The notes beneath the pieces are model-generated. The model saw only the letters and a program-made list of their open reading frames with translations, did not search any database and had not been told where the DNA came from. The translations under genes were made by a program, and so were the position numbers. 13,530 nt of DNA from Candidatus Iainarchaeum sp. (lineage in GTDB: Archaea; Iainarchaeota; Iainarchaeia; Iainarchaeales; DTGL01), in the NCBI GenBank assembly GCA_038736825.1, contig JAVYME010000001.1:1-13530 (forward strand), written 5' to 3'. The stretch's first letter is position 1; the number at the start of each line of letters is the position of its first letter. Below, piece by piece: positions 1 through 7,429 of this stretch.

Positions 1-1199
1 TGCATGTTGAAGGCTTTCCCCCAAAAACAATATTAAAGGCTTTGAGCACCACAGACCTTGAATTGAAGCCATTGCTGCCCCCTGACAAGGATCCATGCGA
101 AAGAATAATAGACTATTATGGTGGAAAAAAAGACGATCCAACCACTTGCCTTTACTTTGAGGGACCCCCAAACGAGGGACAAATGTACAAGGACCTGCAA
201 AGAATGTATCCCAATAAAAGCAAGGAATTCTTGATGACAGAGCTTGCAATCCAAAAAGCTCGCTTTTTCACAATGCCAGGCAACGATATAACCCAGTACA
301 ATATTGTTTTCGGCATAATGCTCACAGCAGCCGCTTGCTTTTTCACATGGTTCTATTTTAGGAACATTTACAAGCGCAGAATCCAGGAAAAAATAATGAC
401 AATAGAAACAGAATTCAAGGACTCTTTATACATAATTGCTTCAAGGCTTGGGGAAAACAAGCCCTTAGAGGAAGCAATAAGGCATGCAAAAGAATTCCTG
501 CCAAACTACATTATTTCAGACAGAATTTTTGGCAGAACCCTGGACAACATTCACTTGCTTGGCATGCCCATAGACTCAGCAGTGTTTGACCCACGCTTTG
601 GCTCGCTAGTGAACATTCCATCAAACACAATCCATGTTGGAATGCGCTTGGTGATAGATGCAACAAGGCTTGGAGTCAACATTGCAGCAAGAACACTGGT
701 GTCATTGTCACTCCAGCTTGACAATCAGGAAAAGGTTGCAAAAATGCTCAAAAACCTGGTTGTAGACTTAACCCAGATGATGAGAACAATGGCAATAATA
801 ATAACCCCCATAGTGCTAGGCATAACCACAGCGCTTTACACAGTGGTATTGCGCACTCTCTTAAGAATCGCCACTTCCGAAACAATGTCAGGAATAGAGG
901 AATCAAGCAAGGCAGCACGGGAAGCCGGAGCCTTTGGAGGCTTCACTTCAGGCAGTTTTGCAAAAGCAGAAGCAGTAATCAACATGGTAACCCCGGAATG
1001 GTTCATAATAATCATTGCAGTTTACGTGATTGAAATAGTGTTCATTGTAATCTATTTCACCACAAAAATAGAGGAAGACAACGACTTGCTCATGAAAATA
1101 TACCTTGCAAAATACCTTCCAATTGCACTAATAATGTTCGCAATATCCGTAACCCTTTCCAATCTTCTCCTCAACTCCTTTGGAGTGGTTGGAGGATGA
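1..1199 (+). CDS. Polytopic membrane platform protein of a type IV filament system (T2SS-F domain; FlaJ/TadC/PilC-like), 5'-partial
   Basis: The track ORF 42..1199 starts at a TTG. The same frame (codons from nt 3: H V E G F P P K T I L K A ...) has no stop back to the window edge, so the gene is probably truncated by the window. The translation has a soluble helical block (ETEFKDSLYIIASRLGENKPLEEAIRHAKEFLP...GMPIDSAVF...LVIDATRLGVNIAARTLVSLSLQL). Hydrophobic helices flank it (IVFGIMLTAAACFFTWFYF; AIIITPIVLGITTALYTVVL; WFIIIIAVYVIEIVFIVIYF; LPIALIMFAISVTLSNLLL). This is the layout of a T2SSF-type domain. It sits directly upstream of pilin-like genes, and its stop overlaps the next start (ATGA at 1196-1199). 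Confidence 0.6.
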   Translation, partial: HVEGFPPKTILKALSTTDLELKPLLPPDKDPCERIIDYYGGKKDDPTTCLYFEGPPNEGQMYKDLQRMYPNKSKEFLMTELAIQKARFFTMPGNDITQYNIVFGIMLTAAACFFTWFYFRNIYKRRIQEKIMTIETEFKDSLYIIASRLGENKPLEEAIRHAKEFLPNYIISDRIFGRTLDNIHLLGMPIDSAVFDPRFGSLVNIPSNTIHVGMRLVIDATRLGVNIAARTLVSLSLQLDNQEKVAKMLKNLVVDLTQMMRTMAIIITPIVLGITTALYTVVLRTLLRIATSETMSGIEESSKAAREAGAFGGFTSGSFAKAEAVINMVTPEWFIIIIAVYVIEIVFIVIYFTTKIEEDNDLLMKIYLAKYLPIALIMFAISVTLSNLLLNSFGVVGG

Positions 1200-1666
1200 A
1201 AACAAAAAAAAGCGAAAAAGGCATGTTTTGGCCCTTCAGGCTGCTCATTGCAGTAATCATTGCATTTGCAACCCTAATCATAATTCTTAGCACAATAAAC
1301 TATTTCCACCAGTACAGGCTCAAAGTCAGCTGGCAAAGGTTTTTGAACGCTTTTGAAGATGCCTACAATGCCCCAAGCACTCCAAGCCAGCCGGACAAAG
1401 GCATAAAAATAGAAAAAGACCTCGTGTTTGGCACAACCACAATTTCCTCAATAACCCTGGCACAACAATTCAACATGCCAGAGGAATGCATTACCTTTCA
1501 AGCACCAGGCTATTCGCAAATTGAAATCTTAAACTCTGGAAAAACCGCAAAAATCTCAAGGGAAATCAATTCAGCAGTATACTTTCAATGCATTGTTGAC
1601 GAAACAGACACTGCCTGCAAAACACGCTGCTATATTTCCTTCAGCCTTCCGCCGGAAATCCCCTAA
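1196..1666 (+). CDS. Small pilin-like protein with class III (type IV prepilin-like) signal peptide
   Basis: The 156-aa ORF is translationally coupled to the upstream gene (ATGA overlap, with GGAG/GGAGG just upstream). The N-terminus is MKTKKSEKG|MFWPFRLLIAVIIAFATLIIILS: a short basic leader ending in KG, then a ~22-residue hydrophobic helix. The helix and the C-terminal Cys pattern (..VYFQC..TAC..TRCYISFS) parallel the ORF at 7575 and the N-terminus of the ORF at 1704. Confidence 0.6.
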   Translation: MKTKKSEKGMFWPFRLLIAVIIAFATLIIILSTINYFHQYRLKVSWQRFLNAFEDAYNAPSTPSQPDKGIKIEKDLVFGTTTISSITLAQQFNMPEECITFQAPGYSQIEILNSGKTAKISREINSAVYFQCIVDETDTACKTRCYISFSLPPEIP

Positions 1667-1670
1667 GGAC

Positions 1671-1682
1671 AAAATATTTTAA
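1671..1682 (+). promoter_or_regulatory. Archaeal TATA-box-like element upstream of the giant vWA gene (implies a leaderless or near-leaderless mRNA)
   Basis: aaaatattttaa is centred about 27-28 nt upstream of ATG 1704. There is no SD-like motif between it and the ATG. The intergenic gap is only 37 nt. Confidence 0.4.
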
Positions 1683-1703
1683 CAAGTAACACATAATCTT
1701 AGC

Positions 1704-4700
1704 ATGGAACAAAACACTTTCAGGCTGGCAGCATACGCTATAATTGCAGCAGTCCTGCTCTACATTTTCTTCTTCCACTTCGGCCCGCAATACATCTGGA
1801 AGGAAAAACCAGAACAAGTAATCCAAAACCAGCTCAAAACAGCGGAAACACAGATAGGGCATTACTCGCACCAAAAAGGAGAATTCCCAAAAGGCTTCAC
1901 AGTAATGGCAGACGGCTATGAATCCCAGTCAAGAAACGTAAACTTTGAATGCAATTACGATGTTTTCTGTTGCCCGAAAGGCGAGCCCTGCAATAAAGCA
2001 ATAGAATGGGACAACAACATGGAACGCCGCTATTTTTCCTTCAAACAACAAAAGCCAGTGGATGTATCAGCAAGATGCAGATACGAAGAAATATACATTT
2101 GCAAAGTATACCTTGGAAAAGAACCCGCACAAGTAAAAATAACAGAAACCGCACTATCAGAAAAAACCCTGGACTTGTCCCAAAAAAGAACCACCACAAT
2201 AAACTACAGCATAAAAAACACTGGCCAAAAAGAAATGGTTGCAGTGCAAGCAAAAGCCAAACTCTACAAAATCAAAAGGCTTCCATACGGGCTTGAACCG
2301 GAAAAAACACTCGTACGCGAATTCAAAGGAGAAGAATTCGCGCTCGGCATCGGACAAGAAAAAAGCCAAGAAATAAGCATAGCAATAGAGGAAAACGGCG
2401 ATTACCAGATAGAATTAACAGTGGAAGAAAAAACCGATCGCACAAACTATGAAACAAAAAAACTGGACTTGAACGCCACAGGACTGGTGGAAATCGGGGC
2501 ATGCATTCCAGGCCCAATGGAAAAAGAATATTTTTCAGAAAAAGAATGCCGTTACTATTTGCCCTGCGAAGACTGCAAAAGCATCCTGGAATGCGAAAGA
2601 AAATGGCGGGAAAAATTCTCAAACCTGCAAGGCTTTGAATTCGAATTAAAAAAATACGATGACATAAAAGGCAAAATAATAATGCAAGTGCCAGGCGAAC
2701 ACAGAAGGGAATGCACGCGCAACTGTTACCCAGAATACCAAGTGCTGCAACAACTAGCAAGATCAAGAAAACCCATAGACTTGGTTTTCGTAATAGACGC
2801 TTCAGGCTCCATGAGCGACGACATAGATGAAGTGCGCGGCGTAATAGAAAAAATACAGCAAGAAATAAGCACTGGCTGCAAAATAGGCGAAGACCAAGTG
2901 GGAGTGACACCAGAAGAATGCCTGCAAATAGGCTTGTATGTTTTTGAAGGCTCTTTCAAGGACTGCTGGGAAAACCCGCAAAACCCGTTCTTTGCAAACT
3001 GCTTGAAACAAATGCGAAGCACCCCCCTGGTCACACAATACGATTCCTATGCATATGTTGCATGCTTGAACGCTGAAGCAAACTTAGTCGACTTCTATAA
3101 AAAAAAATGCCCAAATTATTCAAGCCCACAGACACAGGCAATGTGCCAGAAAATTTTAACAGAAGTTGGAAGCGACACCCTGAAAAAAAACATTGATTCA
3201 AGGATACCGCAATCATGCAGGGAAACAACCTATTTCCAAAACCCCTTGAATGCAACCCCATCACTTAACGGCGTACAGTCAGACATAGGATATATTCCAA
3301 TAACAACAGAATTTGAAAAAATAAACGAATCCCTTGGAAGGATTATTGCCTCACAGGGCGTCGAGGCATGGAGTGACGCACTATACTTTGTAATGGCTTC
3401 ACCTCAAATGAACTGGAGACCCAACTCTGAAAAAGCAATAATCCTGATAACCGACACTGCAGACAACCCCAACGGAATCACCTATCTCACTCCAGAAGGG
3501 CCTTACACTGAAACAGAAGGCTCAGAGAAAAGCTTGCAGGAAACAGCGCTTCTCGCACAAGAGAAAAAAATAAGGGTTTTTTCGCTGGAAGGAAAAGGCT
3601 GTGATGCTTTTTCAAACGAAATCAAAACAGCACTCAATAATTACCTTTCAAGCTTTGGTTTAGAGTCAGCAGGAGGGTACCCTGAAGTCTGCCCTGGAAC
3701 AGACCTTGCAGCAATAAGCAATTGGACCAATGGCAGCCACATGCAATACAATCAAGCAAGCGATCTCCCGCAAAAAATACTGGACATTGTAAAGGACGAA
3801 GTGAGAAGAGCAAGCGAAAACCATGTCTTGAAAATCTGTGGAGAAAACGAAGCACCGGAAACCTGCAAGGAATACTGTGCACTGCCATGGGAAAGCAAGT
3901 GCCAGGACTGCTCTTGCTTTAAAGAATTTGATGGAAAAATTGAAGGTTACAGGCTGCTTGACCTAGCACTAATAATTGATGCCACTGGAAGCATGCAAAA
4001 AGAACTCCAGACAATGAAGGAAAAAATCGGAGAAATACTAGATGCCGCGCAAGCAGAATGCAAAAAAATCGGTGTAAAAAACTGCCTTAGTGTTTCCACA
4101 AGGTATGTGTTCGGCGGGCCAACCACAAAAAACCAGCCTTTTTCAAGCAACATGCAAGCAATAAAAAACAATATTGCAAGCGCCACCGCACTTGGAGGCG
4201 GAGACCTTCCAGACCCATGGGCGGGAGAAGCCCTGATTTCACTCAAAGGAATAATAAGGGAAAACAAAACAGAGCAATGGAGCCCGCACTCCAAAAAAAT
4301 AATGGTGATAATCACTGACGCTCCAAACAATCCCGACGAAATAGTCTTTGAAGACTATAGAAGAACAGTAAAAGCCACTCCAGCCACAACAGGAATAGAC
4401 AGCGTGATAACAGAATTAAGAGACACCGCAAAAAGAAACGGAATAAAAATTTTAGGACTTTACAGCGAAGACAATCCAGCCATTTCACCAAAAACACAGC
4501 TTGAATGGCTTGCAAGGGAAACCGGTGGAAAAGCAGTCAATTACACAAAAGGACAGGATTTTTCAAGCGAAATCACTTCACTGATAGTGCAAGAAATAAA
4601 AAGCGAAAGCGAAAAATCATGGTGCACTCCAGACCAGTGCAAGGTTTGCGCGGAAAGAACAGAGGATGCAGCCACAGTGCCACTTGAATGGGAATACAAG

Positions 4701-6008
4701 CTGAGCTGCACTGAAGACACAGAAAAATGCATGACTGTAATGACCTGCTATCCAGCCGAACTTTCCTTCACTGAATGCATTAAAAAATGGACTGAAACAG
4801 TTGTTGACAAAAGCACTCCATTATTGCAAGACCAGGAAAAAAAATGGCTTTACGCTGAAGGCATAAAGAAAAAAAACGGCGTGAAAACAAGCGAAGAAGA
4901 CTGGACTGAATGCGATCTGCCAAAAATAACAGAAACCTGTGGGGGCAGCACAGTGAAAAGAGGCGAATACAGGCCAGTGCAAATAGGTCCGTATGTGAGC
5001 CCAAGGGAAAACTGCACGAGCAATGAAGACTGCGAAACAATGGATTGCAGCACAAAACAATGCCCTGAAGGCCAAACTGCAAAAGGCGAATGCAGTGCCA
5101 GTGGAAAATGCGAGTGCACTTGCAGTGAAGAAATCGGAAAATTGCCTTCTACAGCCAGTGAAATTGAATGCGTTGAAAAACTTGCTGAAACCGATAACTG
5201 TTATTGTGAAACAGGCAATGAAGCACTGGAATACGCTGACAGGGTGCGAGAAGGCGGAAAGCCAGTGGACTTGCTATTGGTTGTTGACGCCACTTACAGC
5301 ATGCAACTTGAAGGAAAAGCTCTCGTGGAAGCATTCAGTGCACTAAACGAAAAAATGAAAGAACCCTGTGTTTTGGAAGACGGAAAAGCCTGCCTTGCTG
5401 TCGGCATAATAACAGTTGGAGGTTATGCAGCCCAGCGTGAAAAAAACCATTTCGTGAAAATTTCCGGTTCAGGCTTTCCCGTCCTTGAAAAAGGCTTGGG
5501 AGCAATAAGCATTTCCCATCGCTCGGAAGACATTGAAAAAATGCTTTCCTCTCTTGAAACCATTGGCTTTGTTGAAGAAGAAGAACCCTGGGCTGACGCC
5601 ATAGCATATGCTTTGAAATCGCCGGCAATGGGTTGGAGAGAAAACGCAAAAAAAGCATTACTGCTTATTGCAGGTGAACCAAATAATGCTTCAAAAACAG
5701 CGCTGGCTGAAGCAAAAAACATTATTGCCTCCAGCAATGCATCAGTTTATGCGGCTGTCAAAAACATGTCAACTGGCGGAATGTCGCCAGAAAAAGACGC
5801 ACAGGCAATAAGTGCAAAAAAAATATCCCCTTATTCCATTCAATTAGCACTAGACTATTCAAAAATCCAGTTCGATGATTCAGGCAAACCCTTTACAGAC
5901 ATACTCAAAATATTCTTGAAAGACATTGCAGAAGAACAAATATTGTTTGCAAAGAAAACCCCAAAATGCGCTCCAGAAAAATGCACTGAATGCAAAACCG
6001 CCGGATAA
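1704..6008 (+). CDS. Giant (1434 aa) cysteine-rich surface protein: pilin-like N-terminal module, CARDB-like Ig domain and three vWA/MIDAS modules (candidate modular pilin or pilus-associated adhesin)
   Basis: Uninterrupted 4.3-kb ORF. The N-terminus MEQNTFRLAAYAIIAAVLLYIFFF aligns with the hydrophobic helices of the two small pilin-like ORFs (PFRLLIAVIIAF / TFKLLIAAIVAV). The following ~110 aa share RNV.F.C and C.V.L-type motifs with them. Three vWA beta1/MIDAS signatures are present: DLVFVIDASGSM (nt 2778), DLALIIDATGSM (nt 3960) and DLLLVVDATYSM (nt 5268). Each is followed by a (P)W(A/S)(D/G) helix and a hydrophobic beta4 strand (ILITDTADN / VIITDAPNN / LLIAGEPNN). Confidence 0.75.
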   Translation: MEQNTFRLAAYAIIAAVLLYIFFFHFGPQYIWKEKPEQVIQNQLKTAETQIGHYSHQKGEFPKGFTVMADGYESQSRNVNFECNYDVFCCPKGEPCNKAIEWDNNMERRYFSFKQQKPVDVSARCRYEEIYICKVYLGKEPAQVKITETALSEKTLDLSQKRTTTINYSIKNTGQKEMVAVQAKAKLYKIKRLPYGLEPEKTLVREFKGEEFALGIGQEKSQEISIAIEENGDYQIELTVEEKTDRTNYETKKLDLNATGLVEIGACIPGPMEKEYFSEKECRYYLPCEDCKSILECERKWREKFSNLQGFEFELKKYDDIKGKIIMQVPGEHRRECTRNCYPEYQVLQQLARSRKPIDLVFVIDASGSMSDDIDEVRGVIEKIQQEISTGCKIGEDQVGVTPEECLQIGLYVFEGSFKDCWENPQNPFFANCLKQMRSTPLVTQYDSYAYVACLNAEANLVDFYKKKCPNYSSPQTQAMCQKILTEVGSDTLKKNIDSRIPQSCRETTYFQNPLNATPSLNGVQSDIGYIPITTEFEKINESLGRIIASQGVEAWSDALYFVMASPQMNWRPNSEKAIILITDTADNPNGITYLTPEGPYTETEGSEKSLQETALLAQEKKIRVFSLEGKGCDAFSNEIKTALNNYLSSFGLESAGGYPEVCPGTDLAAISNWTNGSHMQYNQASDLPQKILDIVKDEVRRASENHVLKICGENEAPETCKEYCALPWESKCQDCSCFKEFDGKIEGYRLLDLALIIDATGSMQKELQTMKEKIGEILDAAQAECKKIGVKNCLSVSTRYVFGGPTTKNQPFSSNMQAIKNNIASATALGGGDLPDPWAGEALISLKGIIRENKTEQWSPHSKKIMVIITDAPNNPDEIVFEDYRRTVKATPATTGIDSVITELRDTAKRNGIKILGLYSEDNPAISPKTQLEWLARETGGKAVNYTKGQDFSSEITSLIVQEIKSESEKSWCTPDQCKVCAERTEDAATVPLEWEYKLSCTEDTEKCMTVMTCYPAELSFTECIKKWTETVVDKSTPLLQDQEKKWLYAEGIKKKNGVKTSEEDWTECDLPKITETCGGSTVKRGEYRPVQIGPYVSPRENCTSNEDCETMDCSTKQCPEGQTAKGECSASGKCECTCSEEIGKLPSTASEIECVEKLAETDNCYCETGNEALEYADRVREGGKPVDLLLVVDATYSMQLEGKALVEAFSALNEKMKEPCVLEDGKACLAVGIITVGGYAAQREKNHFVKISGSGFPVLEKGLGAISISHRSEDIEKMLSSLETIGFVEEEEPWADAIAYALKSPAMGWRENAKKALLLIAGEPNNASKTALAEAKNIIASSNASVYAAVKNMSTGGMSPEKDAQAISAKKISPYSIQLALDYSKIQFDDSGKPFTDILKIFLKDIAEEQILFAKKTPKCAPEKCTECKTAG
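2133..2430 (+). other. CARDB-like / Ig-like beta-sandwich domain inside the giant ORF
   Basis: Segment KITETALSEKTLDLSQKRTTTINYSIKNTGQKEMVAVQAKAKLYK...EISIAIEENGDYQIELTVEE. The ..v.v.NtG....v.v.l. pattern is typical of CARDB-type domains. Recognised by eye only. Confidence 0.4.
2778..3600 (+). other. vWA module 1 (complete DxSxS MIDAS motif; contains a long insertion)
   Basis: DLVFVIDASGSMSDDIDEV ... GLYVFEGS ... VEAWSDALYFVMASP..NSEKAIILITDTADNPNG ... KKIRVFSLEG. The C-terminal boundary is approximate. Confidence 0.6.
3960..4600 (+). other. vWA module 2 (DxTxS MIDAS variant)
   Basis: DLALIIDATGSMQKELQTMKEKIGEIL ... RYVFGG ... DPWAGEALISL ... SKKIMVIITDAPNNPDE ... NGIKILGLYSED. Boundaries are approximate. 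Confidence 0.6.
5268..5940 (+). other. vWA module 3 (degenerate MIDAS: DxTxS, with the beta4 Asp position replaced)
   Basis: DLLLVVDATYSMQLEGKALVEAF ... GIITVGG ... EPWADAIAYALKSP..NAKKALLLIAGEPNN ... ASVYAAVKN. The residue equivalent to the TD of modules 1 and 2 is AG. Boundaries are approximate. Confidence 0.5.
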
Positions 6009-6015
6009 AAAAATT

Positions 6016-6021
6016 GGAGGG
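6016..6021 (+). promoter_or_regulatory. Shine-Dalgarno-like GGAGGG serving ATG 6030
   Basis: GGAGGG is followed by an 8-nt spacer (ATAAAAAA) and then ATG. No comparable motif precedes the TTG at 6065. Confidence 0.55.
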
Positions 6022-6029
6022 ATAAAAAA

Positions 6030-7429
6030 ATGTTGAAAAAAAACTGTTTTCTTTTGTTTTAGCCTTGCTTTTTACTGCTGTCACAGTAAATGCAATTTAC
6101 ACTGAATTTTTGCTTGCATTTTATCTACAAAACCAGACAGCATTTATAAAAACTGCAATTTTTGAAAACCAAATGGAAGAAATTGATAGGGCTTTCAGCC
6201 TTGGAACCGATCTTTCCACACTAAGAAGAAACGCTCAAAGCCCGGAATGGATTAAAGGAGAAAACGCGCTTGTCACGCGAATTAAAACCGAAATGCCTGC
6301 AACAGGAATAGGGTACTCCATTCTAAGAGACGGAATTGAATTAGACGGCGTGAGCACCACTTTACGCTTAGGTGACACCATTTCATTCAAGCCAAAAGTG
6401 GAAATTCCCTCTGATTGGACACAAGTCGGCGGAGTCATAGGCACTCCACCAATACAATTCCTAGCAGACCAAGAAAGAGACTCACTATACCTGAAACTCT
6501 TGCAAAAATTCAAGCAAAACTATCCCACTGGGCACCACTTCAACCATGTCTACAACTATATAGCCTTGGGAGCACAAGAAAAGTTTTCAACAAACCGCAC
6601 AACCTTCAAAACCACAGAAGACAATTACCTTGCAAGCAACGGATTTCCAGCATACATTACCCCAATAGCGGATGGAAGAAAAGCCGGAATCCAGATATTT
6701 TGCTCAAACAATTTGCGAAGCGAAACCCTTGAATGCATTGGCAAAGGAGAAACACTGGAATGCACAGTAAAAAAAAGCGGTTTGGCAGAAATAAGCTTGG
6801 AAAAAAACTGCTTTGTGCATGTTGACAAAATAATTTATGGAAACGAGGCAATAGACGCTGGATGGGTTTCACAGTTAGGCAGTCTTTCAGACAACACAAC
6901 ATACTATCCGCTCATGGTTTGGGGCAGCTATAAACTGGAATTGCAAGTAATTCCAAAAGGAAAAATTCCACCAGTAGCGGAATTAGAATGCACGGTTTTA
7001 AGCAAACCGCAACCACAAAACCCTTTGGGAGAAATAGAATGCAATGCATCACAATCCTATGACCCTGATGGAAAAATAGAAAGATTTGAATGGGATAAAG
7101 ACAAAACCGCTCCACCATTGCAAGTAAAATACAGAAGAAAGACTGCTTCAGAAGCTGCCGTAACACTGCGAGTCTATGACAATGACGGACTCTATGGAGA
7201 AAAAACCAAAATAGTTTATTGGGAAGGCGAACCAAAAAAACTGGAATTGTCAGCAGAATACAATGCTCCTACAAAAAAAGCAATGATTTCACTCAAAAAC
7301 TGCCCGCAAGGCACCACCCAAGCATTCATAGACATAGACTTATTGCAAGAAACAGATGCAAAAAAAACCCTTTCAGTTCTAGAAAAGCAACAATTCCATG
7401 CGAGCAAACCACTGCAGTTGGACCCATAA
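6030..7429 (+). CDS. Secreted PKD-domain protein; the reading frame is interrupted at an A8 tract right after the probable ATG start
   Basis: The track ORF is 6065..7429 with a TTG start. GGAGGG at 6016-6021 lies 8 nt before ATG 6030. From that ATG the frame gives MLKKNCFLLF then a stop at 6060-6062. One extra A in the A8 run (6036-6043) would give MLKKKLFSFVLALLFTAVTVNA|IYTEF, a textbook Sec signal peptide fused to the long ORF. A PKD-like signature lies downstream (see the separate feature). Confidence 0.6.
6036..6043 (+). repeat. A8 homopolymer at the frame break between ATG 6030 and the 6065..7429 ORF
   Basis: Counted directly: ...atgttg aaaaaaaa ctgtttt... A +1 (or -2) change in length restores a single ORF with a signal peptide. 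Confidence 0.8.
6980..7225 (+). other. PKD-like domain
   Basis: ELECTVLSKPQPQNPLGEIECNASQSYDPDGKIERFEWDKDK...AAVTLRVYDNDGLYGEKTKIVYW. This matches the S.DPDG.I..Y.WD ... v.D..G pattern characteristic of PKD domains. Confidence 0.6.

Noticed and set aside
42-44. TTG at 42 as the true start of the first gene
   Set aside because: The frame is open back to nt 3 with no stop, no SD or TATA signal precedes it, and FlaJ/TadC-type proteins are usually longer. I treat it as an internal Leu codon of a gene truncated by the window.
6030-6062. The 10-codon mini-ORF MLKKNCFLLF as a genuine leader peptide or small protein
   Set aside because: Its sequence is exactly the n-region and the start of the h-region of a signal peptide that continues in the adjacent frame. 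A frame break in one gene is the simpler explanation.
2006-6732. Plus-strand off-frame ORFs inside the large genes (2006..2296, 3722..3922, 4505..4687, 5023..5346, 6415..6732; also 13057..13320)
   Set aside because: They are fully nested in alternative frames of much longer ORFs. Their products are Lys/Arg/Asn/Gln-rich, as expected from frame-shifted A-rich sequence. They have no start context.
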